Assembly (NCBI RefSeq): GCF_964355755.1
Contig: NC_092678.1
Span: 13,762,352 to 13,826,351, forward strand
From: Antedon mediterranea
Taxonomy: Eukaryota; Animalia; Echinodermata
Direction of reading: 5' to 3'
DNA: 64,000 bases
Below the pieces are notes generated by a model. That model saw only the letters and a program-made list of their open reading frames with translations, did not search any database and was not told the origin of the DNA. Position numbers and translations under genes: made by a program. Position 1 is the stretch's first letter. Each line of letters opens with the position of its first letter. Shown here piece by piece: positions 53,103 to 64,000 of the stretch.

Positions 53103-55576
53103 CCCTTTGCAAAAAAACCGTATACGAACGTATACGATTTACATACGTTTCGTATATGTTTCGTATAGGAAGTCCACTTCGTATACGAAACGTATACGTC
53201 AATTCGGAAGTTCCTGCCCGCATAATAAACACATACGAACCGTATACGATCATTTATAAACAATTTCCTAATTATACGCTCCGTATACGATCCGTATATG
53301 ATCCGTATACGACGACGCGTGTATACAAACGGCATCGTATTACCAAGCGAAAAGGGACTGTCCCTCTTTTTACAAGACGACGATAGCATACGTTTACGAT
53401 CGCAGGAGCATCTTGACTTCAATAATTAATGTACAATTTGGTTTTTTTTCAGTCGGTATATGTACATTAAATTCCCTATGATGATTTAGCTCATAGTTTT
53501 CGCGAATGAAAATTTGGTGCTGTATTTTACTAGACGTTGTTTTTCTAGCAAGCATAAAAACCCACCCAGGCTGTTCTGTCTTGTTTATCCCCTCTGCTAT
53601 TTCTTTACCTTTTGTATGTTCCATTAATAAGTGAATCACACAAAATGTGCTGTTATTAATTTGAAAGTGCTTTAAATAATATTAATGTACTTGGAAATAA
53701 ATAAGTAAATATTAAATTGGGCCCGCAGTATATTAAATTTAAAACGAGTAAGTAAAATCCATAAATTACGATTTAATAAAAATGTAGAATACATGTGGCT
53801 CCCTATTATATATATGGAATGATCCAAATAAATTCGCCCAAAACGTGCCTGTGTTATGTGCGCTGCATGCATGCATCACATGGATGGATCAGATTTCATT
53901 CATTTTCAATCATCATTGTTGATTTTTTGGCTACGGGTTTTGACTCACCATAAAAAAAAAATGGGATGTAGGCCTAGTTACAGTAGGCCCAGGTAGATAG
54001 TAAATTCGATGACTTCTAGCTAGCTAGGCTATAGGCATATTGTAATTGTATATATCGAATATGCAGCAGCTCCAGTAAACAAAGAGTTAACTAGGCCTGG
54101 GGAAAATACGCCAAGGAAAAGAGTCTGTGGTACACTCATTGTGAAAATAAGCTATCATTTTAATGAATGTAGTACGAGTCTAACTCCAAATAAAGATATA
54201 GAACACATTTTAAGAATTCAAAGTGTTGATCTTTTTTAAGAATCTGATATATACCCTGAATCATCTTTTTACATAATATACAGCATAAGCATGTACAATC
54301 TAATTTAATTGTCACACAATTGAATTAACAAAGGACAAGGATTTCAAATAAACTGTTACAAATAAACAATTATTAATGAAATAGTTGGGGTATTGTTGGG
54401 TCCATGGGAAATCAACAATGTTTAGTAGACTTATTTAATTTGTTATTTAAAGTTGAGGGTAGTTATTTTTTAAACAATTATTGGAATACCATGAAAATAA
54501 AGAAAGATATGTTTTATGATTTCTTAATCACCAAGCAGAAATAATGAAAGCAATTCAATCTGTTCGCTACCGGGAATAAATTGAGATTCGATATAATTGT
54601 ATTTACTATCACCACTAATTGTGTTTTTTTTATTCATATATAATTCATAATTCATACAATTTATATATATTCAAAATCCGAATGTATTCATCGTTAAATA
54701 ATAATTATTACTTCTGTTTTGGGTCATGGTTTTCCTCTTCGGCATTGCCGAATTATTGTTACTCCATCTCCATTGCTACAACACACGTCGCGGAATAATA
54801 TCGCTTAACATAACGATGTAATTTGACCACCCAAAGCTCGCACGTGGCGTGACGAATTGAGAACGACGAACCCGATGATTCACCCGATGATATGCATGAT
54901 TGGCCACCAGGGAGCCGAGTCGACCACGAGTTGGAACTGTAGGCAACCGAGCGACGCTCGGTCGTCGTCGGCGGCTGCACTTACTGACCTCTGTCATTTT
55001 TTATAAAGGAAAACTGCAAACAACATCGTCGATTTGTGAAAATGGCCCCTTGTTTTTTCTAGGCCTACCTAGACCTAGTAGTATACCTGTTTAGCGTACT
55101 TTATTTACTTGCGAAAAACGTTGTTTGAATTTTATCGGTAGCCTAGGCTATCTAATAAATATAGAAATAAATATGATCTTATGTTCTAGCTCCTACTACT
55201 TATTAATACTACTAGAGGCCTATCTAATGGCTGGTGCTAGCTAGAGGCCTAGCCCTAGTAGGGCTAGGCCAGAGCCTACGTACGTATTTGTTGTAATGAC
55301 AATTTAAATGTTTTATTTAGCTCTATTCTACTCATTACTGCTATTATAATTTATAAAATGGCCTAGTTTGTTCGTATATGATTCGTATACGTCCCGTATA
55401 CGATATTCTTATCATGAATAAACAACGTATACGTTACGTAAGCTAAACGTATACGACGCAAACTCTTTGTGGAGCAACAGAGTGGAAATAATGTAAACAG
55501 TGAAATCGTATACGATCCGTATACGTCGTATACGTTTTCAGCGTATACGGATCGTATACGGCTTTTTTGCAAAGGG
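53103..55576. mobile_element. Non-autonomous CMC/EnSpm-like DNA transposon, 2474 bp
   Basis: TIR CCCTTTGCAAAAAA(A/G)CCGTATACGA, 2-bp TSD TC (53101-53102, 55577-55578), many subterminal CGTATACG palindromes at both ends. Confidence 0.9.
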
Positions 55577-58500
55577 TCATTTTATATAAGCATTTCTGTA
55601 TGTGTGGATCACAATAAATCAGCTTGGGATTAAAGTTTTCAATGGTAAGTCCAGATATTGATGTAACACGACTGAGTCCTACGTATGCTTGTCCAGGCGC
55701 AAAAGTATTTTTAAGAGAAACCAGTGCTTTATTCATTGTCATTCCTTGCACTTTATGAACTGTGCATGCATATGCTAATTTGAGAGGAAACTGCTTTCGA
55801 CTATATTTGTTCCCAATAGATTCCTGAAACATTTCAATTGCCTGAACACCAATTTCATTATTGTCAAATTTCACTTTAATAGATACTGGTTTAGCGCTTT
55901 GACTGGTCTTAATTATTTCTTCAACATGTCCCATACATCCATTTGTTAATCCTTTTTTAACATCTACATTTTTAATCAACATCACTCTGGCATTAAGTGC
56001 AATCCACAAATAATTTAATAAACTAGATTGACGTGATTTTTGAGGTTTGTTACATTTTTTGTTTTGTTTCTTGCTGTTAACCACAACATCCTCTGCTTCA
56101 ATGCATACAATATCTGTACATGTCTTATGCAACATTTTCTTATTCCATTCATTCACTTGCTTGTTACACGGGTAAATATGAACAGCATCTTCACATTCTT
56201 TACCTGTTTCACGTGATTTTAAAACTAATAAATCTTTATCAGACAAACATTCATTTCTTTCTTTTGTACGCAGTTTGTTTAACAATAGAGCAAATTCTTT
56301 ATCTTCTTTTTGTCTCATGATTTGACCTAACTGTACTTGCTTAAAGTTATCTATCCACAATGAGCTTTCAAATGTATCTTTATATAAAGAAGTACCCATC
56401 ACAGGGGGCAACTGATAAAAATCACCAACTGCAATTACTGAAATATTACCAAATGGACTGTCATTGCGTACTTGCTTGATTTGCCTTAATCTTCCATGAA
56501 CATACCAAAGTAACCTTTGATTTACCATTGATATTTCATCTATAATAACAATCTGCAACTGACTCAACTGATTACGAAGTGCACTTATTTTTTCTTCTCC
56601 AAGTGGTTGATATGGAAATGAGATACTAATCGGGATAGACAAAGCGCTATGTATTGTTTGACCTTTAATATTATATGCTGCAATCCCTGTAGGAGCTAAT
56701 TTTAATATTGACAAATCATCAGGGTTCTCCATAATTTTGCCAAGAATGCGTGTTCCTTCATTAAAAATACAATTTACCAAATGACTTTTCCCAGTACCAG
56801 CGCCTCCAGTTATGAAAGTGTAAAATGGTTCAGGTCGTTTACCATTAACTTTGTCTAAGCACCATTGTCTTGTCTTATAAAATATATGTTGTTGTTTTTC
56901 ATTTAAAGATCGAATCATTTTGTTTAATTCTGGTCTTGAAATATAAGATGAATTAGACTCTACCTTAGATGTATGATTTTTTTGAAGTCCAAAATCTGGA
57001 ATGAAAAATTCGTTTTCTTCATCATCGATGTCTACATTTGGCTTTGGATTGTCTAACCTTTCTTTTTCAGTTTCTGGACATAAAAGACTCCATGCATCTT
57101 CTTGTGGTCCAAATTTTGCTAAAAACTCTTTTGCGTCTTCAACATCGTCAGCACTTTTTTCATACTGTTTCATGTTTCCTTGAACTATGGACTTTACTCT
57201 TTGCAATTTACGATTACCACATAATTTAACAGATCCGTCCTCATAAAATTGTTCATATGTTTGAAAATTTGGTGGTTTTAACTGTTCATCATTTCGAAAC
57301 GGTAAAAATAACTGCAATATACTTAGATAATATTTGTCAGGATCTCTATCCATATGAAACCGAGGGTATCGGACTATAGCATTGCTAGTTTTCGTTCTTT
57401 TTTGTATGAATCCAAATTGCTTTTTTAATTTAAATACATTCTTTTTTTTTCCTTTCATTTCTGATGTACTTAATATTCTATAATTAGAACAAAATGTTGC
57501 AAGGCACATTTTATTAAATTCAAAACTATTAGGTCGAGCTTTATATTTATCAAGCTTATTTGGCAACCAGGCACAATCGTTATCATCTGCTTTGTTTTTA
57601 ATTACACTTAGTGGTAAACTCATTCTAACAGGATTAGGTCCTACTGGAATATATTCCACTTTCCTTGAACATTCCTTTAATCTCAAACCACAGACACGAT
57701 AAACACTTTCTTGGGCAGAAACTTCTCGATTATTCATGTACACATTACCAATTTTTCGTAAACTTTGTCTAGCATCTTCATTTCCTTCTTTCACTTCTGA
57801 TGCTGTATGAGATAAAAGTAAGCCCATTTCCCGTTCAGATTTTGACAAATATTGCACAACGTAAGTAATACATGCATATACATTTGTTATATACTGAATA
57901 TCCATATTAGCATTCCATGCTCTTAATAAGGAAGGATTATACTGATTTACCCATGCGTCTTGAGGGTTTCTCTTCATAACAATCTTTTCTTCAGTAGCTA
58001 TACAATTATTTGCCTTCTCAAATGCACTTTGTGTAATACCTAAACTTTTGAAAAGTTCTTTGGCATTTTCATATGGTTCTTCATTAGTCACAGCCTCTTT
58101 TACTGAGGTTAATAAGTCTTTTGCTTGTTTAGTATCATCATTACCTTCACTCACAGTAGGTCTCATAACAAATGTTTTTTGAGAAGGTTGTCTTGGAAAG
58201 TTAAATCTACAAATTGTTCCTTTCTTCTTACACGATTTAGAATGCCTTTTACTGTGAATCTGCACACTGGTAACAATTTCATTCAATTCAGGATCTACAG
58301 TTTGACATGGAACAGAACAAGAAATATATTTATCAACAAAATTAATAACTTCCTTATCTTCATCTGAACAAAAAACAGGAGCATTTTCAACCCAAACTAA
58401 CATATGAACATGTGGACTTCCTCTCATTTGAAATTCAATTCGGTAAAAATAATCTACAACTTTACCAATAGGTTTTGATTCAGACAAAATTACATTTTTC

Positions 58501-61500
58501 AAAAAAGTGTGAAAACGTTTGTCAAACATTCTCGCAACAGTTACTGGATTCGACTTCAACAAATTACATTTATCTGCCCATTCTAATTCATCAATGTTTC
58601 TTTTGTCTCCTGTTTGACTTAATAATGTAGTCATTATTTCTTTCCAACGGAAGTCAGCACTTGAGAATGAAAGAAAAAATGTTGGTTTGCCAATCTGTCT
58701 AACCATTGCCATTACGTCCTTCTGTGTTGCTTGCCAGTATGGTGGAGTCCCACGTATTTGTTTTAAAAATTTATAACCCTTGTCAGATTTTAAAATGTCC
58801 TCAATTGTGTTAACATTTTTTAAATCTGCAACAGTTACTTTGCTAAAATCATCCTTTTTACTTGATCCCTTTCGCAATGCAATGGAAATACTTGATAAAA
58901 TTTGTTGAAGTTCATATAAAGATTGAGCATAAAATATGAATTCAGCATTTTTTGCAAATCTGTTATCTACATGCATTAATCTGTTGTGGAAATAACGTCC
59001 AAGTGTTATTTTAACATCTCTGGTGTCATGGAATGTTGGTTGACCTGTTGGAAATAACACTGGAAATGATTTTGCTTCATTACTTTCATTCTTTAACAAT
59101 GCAACGGGGCTATTGTTTTCACAAGGCGCACAACAAATTATATCACGAAAATATTCATCAACCAAATTTTGTCGCCTGTCAACAGGTTGAAGACTTGTGT
59201 CAAAAACAGCACCACTCAATCGGTCTTCTACTTCTTCTTCTTCGTTGTTGTCTATACATGTTTGATTATTATTATTATCTCCACTTCCGATATTTTCTTT
59301 AGATAAATAATTGTGCCATTCTTCATTAATAGCTACATCAAAGTACCATTTGTTGTGATCTTGTAAATATTCAAGAGCTTGAATAACATTAGCTGTGTTA
59401 ACAAATTTATATTTATAATAACTTTTGTAAGACAACTTTCGCTTCAATTTTACGGATATTAATTGATCATCAGCCTCTGGTCTAGGCAGCATTTTCACGG
59501 TTTCAATAGTATTTGATGGTACACATACGACTGGACCATGTATTCCATGCTGTCCACCTTTGGGTAAATTCATTAATTTCATAAAAGGAATATTTAATCC
59601 TATCAAGTGCTGCTCTAAATTATTTAAACACTCAAGCTCAGGAGGAATATCATGCAGTTCTAAATTGTTTGAATTAGCCTCTGCGGGGACTTTTCCATTT
59701 AACAATTTCCTGTGGCATGTGAAACAAATCCATAAATGATATCTTGGTGATTCGACAAATTGACAAGGATTATTACATTTGTTATTGCAAATATGCAAAT
59801 ACTTTTCATTTATACACGTCCTATTTTCGTACTTAGCTTTAGAACACTTCATAACTTGATTTTGGAATAACAATTTAAAGCATACACAACAAATATATTC
59901 AGGACCACGAGAAATTTTTTCCCTGAAGTTTTTCAAAATAAACTCAAAATTACTCTTTTCTGTTTTTCTCTTTTCCATATTCTTCTGGTTTTTCTTAAAA
60001 ACTTTTTTTCGGAACACTGGATCACGATGATATTTTTCTGTAAATCTTTGCTTACAACTTTGTTTACACTTTTGTCTGAATTCCAAATTGACACGATATT
60101 TTTCTGACAATCTCAGCTTACAATTTTGTCTAAATTTCGAATTACTCCGATACTTCTCTGCTAATTTTTCCTTATACCTTTGACTAAATTTTAAATTATT
60201 CCGATACTTATCAGCTAATTTTTGCTTTAAGGTTTCTCTGAATTTGGAATTATTACGATACTTTGATACAAATTTTTGCCTCAAATTTATTCTAAATTTT
60301 TTGTCACTGTGATATTTTTCGGAAAATTTGAATTTATTTTTGGATTTTGTGTTATGTCTAAATATTTTATCATTGTGGTATCTTTTCAAATTTTTCTCTT
60401 TTTTGGTTAATCGGTAATCAAAATTAATTTTGTAATTATGTCTCGCTTTATTTCGTACTTTAACATTATATTCAGGTTCACATCTATACATTTTGTGTTG
60501 TCTTTCGCTGTTTTCCTTCCTTTTTTTGAATTTATAATCATCATCACCATATCTTATTTTTTGTGCTTCCTTTACTTTACGTTTTTTTTCTTCTCTGTAC
60601 TCAGGGTCACTTTGATATTTGTTTCTATTATTATTTGTTTCTTCTGATTTATCTTTTTGCCGTTTCATTCTTTGTAGATTCTTTTGCTTTTCTTTTCTAT
60701 TTCTATAAGATTTTTTCTTTTTTCCTTTCAAAATTCTTACTTTACTTTCAGAACTTTCGACTGTTTTACTATGTTTGTGTTTTGGTTCTATGTCTTCAAA
60801 TGTGTCACATGTTTCTTTTCTCATTAGCTTTCGTTTCTTTGTTGAAGAATTATTTTTCAAACAAATCATCTCTGTTTTTTCTTGAACATAATTTTGACCG
60901 ACATCGACAGATTCCACTACATTAAAATGTACATTCATGGTGTACACAATATATATACCATTATCAGTTGTAACATCATCTATTCTTCCGGGCTTTTTAG
61001 CAGAAAACAATTGCCACATCAAAAGTTGATCATTGAATGAATAAATATCTGTCTTAAGCAAGTTTGCCATTGCACTTATTTCAGTATTGGACGCCCACGT
61101 TCCATTATCCATAACTCTTTTTTTAAACACATATTCCTTGACTGATCTATATTCATGACTAAATGTATTAATAAATAAGTCATCAGTCTCCAATAAATGA
61201 TTAGTAATCGCTTTTCTTAAAAGTAAATGATTATCTTCAGTCCCAGAAATAATGTATGAAATTGCACGATAAAAACAATTACCATCACCTGTAATATTCG
61301 TAATTTGAAGAGGATGTCCAATCAGACTAGCTCTGTTAATACCACAATTCTTACCGGTATGGTCACAATGAATGCCTACTTCATTACACATGTTTTTCTT
61401 TTGTGCTTCTGAGATCGGAATAAATTTAAAGTTCTTGTCAGGTCTTTCTCCATACTGAACATTAACAATTTCAATATCACTATCACTTTGCCGTCCATTA

Positions 61501-63908
61501 CTTGATGATACATTATGTTTTTGGCCTTTAACTTTGGAATCAATATTCTTGTCAGGTAATCTTGTACTACATTTATGCTGGTAAGACGTACTAGGTTCAT
61601 CAACATCGATATTTTCTAAGTTGTTTTGTTCACAATTATCATCTAACATGACAGCTGAAGCGGAACATAAAAACATAGACTTATTTTGAACATTTACACC
61701 AGTCAGTTCAAATTCGGTTTCATGTAAATTACAGTTCATTGACCTTGCTAATCTTATACAATAATCGTACACACCTTGACAAGATGTACTGTAAAGTAAA
61801 ATACTCTTTCCATGCTCACTAACACAACCAATACGATCTCTTGCATGTGGATCAAATATAAGGAAACCATTTACACGTTTGATAATAGAAAATGTGCTTC
61901 TATTGAAATTCATAAAAAATGCATCATGTTGGTGTAATTCTTGTTCAAGAGCTTGGTGTAATGATAAGGCTCCATATTCAGCCATCAATTCGAGATTCCC
62001 ATCTATTATGCCAAACACTGATTCTTTGGGAGATATTACAAAGGTGTTATCCAAAATATCCAATTCTTTCGGTAGTTCTGAAATCATCAAAAGGTCCTCA
62101 TCCATAGTGGAATCTTTCTGAATGTAACAGTACAACTCGTTTCCAAGAGTCAATATTGTATCAAGGTCTTTGGTGTAAAATTCATTTCCATTCCTCTTTG
62201 TAGAATAAAGAATAGCTACAAGACTATTTGCAACACACTGTTTACCACCTGCAAAGCCAAATCTATAATTCCCTTGATTGAAACTACCCTGTGCTAGAGT
62301 TATGTTATTATCATTACTATTATATAGTTGTAATTCATTTATTGATTGTGTATTCTGCCTTATTGTTGTATTCTTTTGTTTTGGTCCCTCATCGATTATC
62401 AATTCTTCCGAAAAATAATTTTTTGTTAAAACTTCAATATCCACATCGATAGTATGTTGGTCACATTTAGGTTTAGTATGGGACATAATTTTTTCAGTCA
62501 CTGCTTTTTTGGATCCGTCATCAATTATCGATACTTCGTTTTCCTCAAATTCACAACTTGCACATGTTTGATTTTTATGATCTGCAACATTACTATCAAA
62601 TCTATTAGTTCTGTCATTCATTTTGCTACTATTTTGTGCTTTCACATCGTCAGTCGCTGTGTTGTCGTTTTCTTCAGTACATTTCATTTTAAAGTCGTCA
62701 TCAGTTTTCATTTCTAAATTGTTATTTTTACCCATGTTCTTTAAAATAGTATCTTCGCCAATCTGTTCCATATTATCGCAATCATTCTTGTGGTGTTTTA
62801 AATTCAGGTCCATATTATCTTGTGATTCTTTGTTATCAATCTTCTTACTTTTGACAAAACGACCCTTGTTATTTCGTGAACGTTTCAAACCACCACCTGA
62901 TTGTTGTTGTATTCCGTTTGTTACTTTTGTATTTTTCAAAACATCACACATAGGCTTACCATTCGTTTCGTCATTTTCCTTGTATTCTCTGCAAGTACTT
63001 TTATTCATGTTCCATTCTACTTTGTTAGTATATCGTCTTTCATAGAAATCTTTTACACCTTTACCAATATATTTTACACCTGGTTCTATAATTATACCAT
63101 TTATAACGCGCTTTCCCCTTTTCTTATTTCCTCTATTTTTACATCTTTTTTTTCTGTTGTCGGTTCTTTTCTTTGATCTCACCCTTATCCAATCATTACC
63201 AAGTAAATCTTCACTTCCTGTTTGTTGACATTTTAATTTGGCATTATTACGTTTTTCTTTATTTTTCGTTAATTCGGGAAAGTCTGCAGTGACAGAATCA
63301 TTAGGTTCTAGAATCGTATACCTATTGAAATGACAGGGCATACCTATTTCACCCAACATATTATTAGCAAAATTACTATACCCACACAATGAACAAATCC
63401 AAATTACTCTGGAATCACATAGTTTGTCTTCAAAACTATTTCTTACACATGTCACATGAAAATGTTTACTGCAGCAGTCACATGTTATGTAAATGTCCTC
63501 TGCTTTCACTTCAACACTACACAGATCACATTTATCAAACTCTGAAATAAGCGCTGTACCATAAGATAATATGTTCAGGATATCATCAACTACTTCTTTA
63601 AATTCAGTTGTATCTTTGATACATTCACAATAGGCATTACCTGTATCTTCACTTTCATTTTTTATAGTGTTTACATCTTCGACATTCTTAGTTGAACAGC
63701 ATTCATCAAGTAGGTCCAAGATGTCATCCATGACTGTTTTAAATTCTGTTGCTTTATCCATAATTCCACTATCAACATTACCAGCTGTTTTGACAATGTT
63801 GCACTCCTTACTTGTCACTTCTTTAGTCGCATACTTACATAAAAATATTACTAAGACAATCACTAACAACAATAGACCATAAACTATTGTTATGAATTTT
63901 GTATCCAT
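55443..63908 (-). CDS. Helentron RepHel polyprotein (2821 aa as it stands; last 44 aa derive from the insertion)
   Basis: PHD-like C4HC3 at 63384-63530; C76-like protease 61696-62294 (QGSFNQG..QCVAN..FDPH); OTU 60915-61310 (GDGNCFYRAIS..HFNVV); HUH EFQMRGSPHVH ~58400-58437; YVVQYLSK ~57840-57864; helicase GGAGTGKS, DEISMV, GDFYQLPPV, TVHKVQG, GQAYVGLSR. Confidence 0.95.
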   Translation of the reverse strand: MDTKFITIVYGLLLLVIVLVIFLCKYATKEVTSKECNIVKTAGNVDSGIMDKATEFKTVMDDILDLLDECCSTKNVEDVNTIKNESEDTGNAYCECIKDTTEFKEVVDDILNILSYGTALISEFDKCDLCSVEVKAEDIYITCDCCSKHFHVTCVRNSFEDKLCDSRVIWICSLCGYSNFANNMLGEIGMPCHFNRYTILEPNDSVTADFPELTKNKEKRNNAKLKCQQTGSEDLLGNDWIRVRSKKRTDNRKKRCKNRGNKKRGKRVINGIIIEPGVKYIGKGVKDFYERRYTNKVEWNMNKSTCREYKENDETNGKPMCDVLKNTKVTNGIQQQSGGGLKRSRNNKGRFVKSKKIDNKESQDNMDLNLKHHKNDCDNMEQIGEDTILKNMGKNNNLEMKTDDDFKMKCTEENDNTATDDVKAQNSSKMNDRTNRFDSNVADHKNQTCASCEFEENEVSIIDDGSKKAVTEKIMSHTKPKCDQHTIDVDIEVLTKNYFSEELIIDEGPKQKNTTIRQNTQSINELQLYNSNDNNITLAQGSFNQGNYRFGFAGGKQCVANSLVAILYSTKRNGNEFYTKDLDTILTLGNELYCYIQKDSTMDEDLLMISELPKELDILDNTFVISPKESVFGIIDGNLELMAEYGALSLHQALEQELHQHDAFFMNFNRSTFSIIKRVNGFLIFDPHARDRIGCVSEHGKSILLYSTSCQGVYDYCIRLARSMNCNLHETEFELTGVNVQNKSMFLCSASAVMLDDNCEQNNLENIDVDEPSTSYQHKCSTRLPDKNIDSKVKGQKHNVSSSNGRQSDSDIEIVNVQYGERPDKNFKFIPISEAQKKNMCNEVGIHCDHTGKNCGINRASLIGHPLQITNITGDGNCFYRAISYIISGTEDNHLLLRKAITNHLLETDDLFINTFSHEYRSVKEYVFKKRVMDNGTWASNTEISAMANLLKTDIYSFNDQLLMWQLFSAKKPGRIDDVTTDNGIYIVYTMNVHFNVVESVDVGQNYVQEKTEMICLKNNSSTKKRKLMRKETCDTFEDIEPKHKHSKTVESSESKVRILKGKKKKSYRNRKEKQKNLQRMKRQKDKSEETNNNRNKYQSDPEYREEKKRKVKEAQKIRYGDDDYKFKKRKENSERQHKMYRCEPEYNVKVRNKARHNYKINFDYRLTKKEKNLKRYHNDKIFRHNTKSKNKFKFSEKYHSDKKFRINLRQKFVSKYRNNSKFRETLKQKLADKYRNNLKFSQRYKEKLAEKYRSNSKFRQNCKLRLSEKYRVNLEFRQKCKQSCKQRFTEKYHRDPVFRKKVFKKNQKNMEKRKTEKSNFEFILKNFREKISRGPEYICCVCFKLLFQNQVMKCSKAKYENRTCINEKYLHICNNKCNNPCQFVESPRYHLWICFTCHRKLLNGKVPAEANSNNLELHDIPPELECLNNLEQHLIGLNIPFMKLMNLPKGGQHGIHGPVVCVPSNTIETVKMLPRPEADDQLISVKLKRKLSYKSYYKYKFVNTANVIQALEYLQDHNKWYFDVAINEEWHNYLSKENIGSGDNNNNQTCIDNNEEEEVEDRLSGAVFDTSLQPVDRRQNLVDEYFRDIICCAPCENNSPVALLKNESNEAKSFPVLFPTGQPTFHDTRDVKITLGRYFHNRLMHVDNRFAKNAEFIFYAQSLYELQQILSSISIALRKGSSKKDDFSKVTVADLKNVNTIEDILKSDKGYKFLKQIRGTPPYWQATQKDVMAMVRQIGKPTFFLSFSSADFRWKEIMTTLLSQTGDKRNIDELEWADKCNLLKSNPVTVARMFDKRFHTFLKNVILSESKPIGKVVDYFYRIEFQMRGSPHVHMLVWVENAPVFCSDEDKEVINFVDKYISCSVPCQTVDPELNEIVTSVQIHSKRHSKSCKKKGTICRFNFPRQPSQKTFVMRPTVSEGNDDTKQAKDLLTSVKEAVTNEEPYENAKELFKSLGITQSAFEKANNCIATEEKIVMKRNPQDAWVNQYNPSLLRAWNANMDIQYITNVYACITYVVQYLSKSEREMGLLLSHTASEVKEGNEDARQSLRKIGNVYMNNREVSAQESVYRVCGLRLKECSRKVEYIPVGPNPVRMSLPLSVIKNKADDNDCAWLPNKLDKYKARPNSFEFNKMCLATFCSNYRILSTSEMKGKKKNVFKLKKQFGFIQKRTKTSNAIVRYPRFHMDRDPDKYYLSILQLFLPFRNDEQLKPPNFQTYEQFYEDGSVKLCGNRKLQRVKSIVQGNMKQYEKSADDVEDAKEFLAKFGPQEDAWSLLCPETEKERLDNPKPNVDIDDEENEFFIPDFGLQKNHTSKVESNSSYISRPELNKMIRSLNEKQQHIFYKTRQWCLDKVNGKRPEPFYTFITGGAGTGKSHLVNCIFNEGTRILGKIMENPDDLSILKLAPTGIAAYNIKGQTIHSALSIPISISFPYQPLGEEKISALRNQLSQLQIVIIDEISMVNQRLLWYVHGRLRQIKQVRNDSPFGNISVIAVGDFYQLPPVMGTSLYKDTFESSLWIDNFKQVQLGQIMRQKEDKEFALLLNKLRTKERNECLSDKDLLVLKSRETGKECEDAVHIYPCNKQVNEWNKKMLHKTCTDIVCIEAEDVVVNSKKQNKKCNKPQKSRQSSLLNYLWIALNARVMLIKNVDVKKGLTNGCMGHVEEIIKTSQSAKPVSIKVKFDNNEIGVQAIEMFQESIGNKYSRKQFPLKLAYACTVHKVQGMTMNKALVSLKNTFAPGQAYVGLSRVTSISGLTIENFNPKLIYCDPHIQKCLYKMTLCKKAVYDPYTLKTYTTYTDRIRFHCLHYFHSVAPQRVCVVYV

Positions 63909-64000
63909 TATGCAAAAATTCCTTCAAAATACTGAACTCAAATTTCAAATTCAAAAACAATTTATATGTCTTCTACAATTTGAATAAATGTTACAATTAA

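Larger units (their letters stand above)
52400..63908 (-). mobile_element. Helentron (endonuclease-encoding Helitron2) coding region; one terminus probably lies beyond the window
   Basis: Rep + PIF1 helicase + AP-like endonuclease in one reconstructed 9033-nt ORF. Confidence 0.95.

Noticed and set aside
53102-53422. N-terminal 107 aa of the 340-aa ORF 52400-53422
   Set aside because: Read-through from the inserted element's terminal repeats; the real protein joins at NSYVPY.
56120-63882. Plus-strand ORFs within the Helentron gene
   Set aside because: Antisense shadows of the long minus-strand ORF with no recognisable motifs.

Overview
AT-rich eukaryotic DNA (probably a marine invertebrate; frequent TAGGCCTA motifs suggest an echinoderm, which is inference), almost entirely mobile-element derived. 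(1) One likely host gene: a divergent eh1 + homeodomain transcription factor in two coding exons (3186-3324 and 24486-24904, matching phase 1). Its ~21 kb intron is packed with elements: a Neptune-type Penelope-like retroelement split by an Academ-like DNA transposon, three minimal hammerhead ribozyme motifs, a 194-bp perfect palindrome, Harbinger/MULE-like MITEs, a CR1-type LINE relic and a second Academ-like element carrying a 30-bp minisatellite. (2) A giant Helentron (endonuclease-encoding Helitron2) ORF on the minus strand. Removing a 2474-bp CMC/EnSpm-like insertion restores one uninterrupted 3010-aa protein: N-terminal hydrophobic segment, PHD finger, herpes-tegument-type (C76-like) protease, OTU protease, Rep, PIF1 helicase and AP-like endonuclease. 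(3) A 15-kb array (36280-51700) of ~1.6-kb non-autonomous Helentron-type elements. It is not a simple tandem repeat: 13 heads and 8 tails nest like brackets, with new copies landing in the T-rich tract ~55-70 bp inside the previous copy's 5' end, and the array runs directly into the 3' side of the autonomous ORF. All calls were made by eye; no database searches were run.
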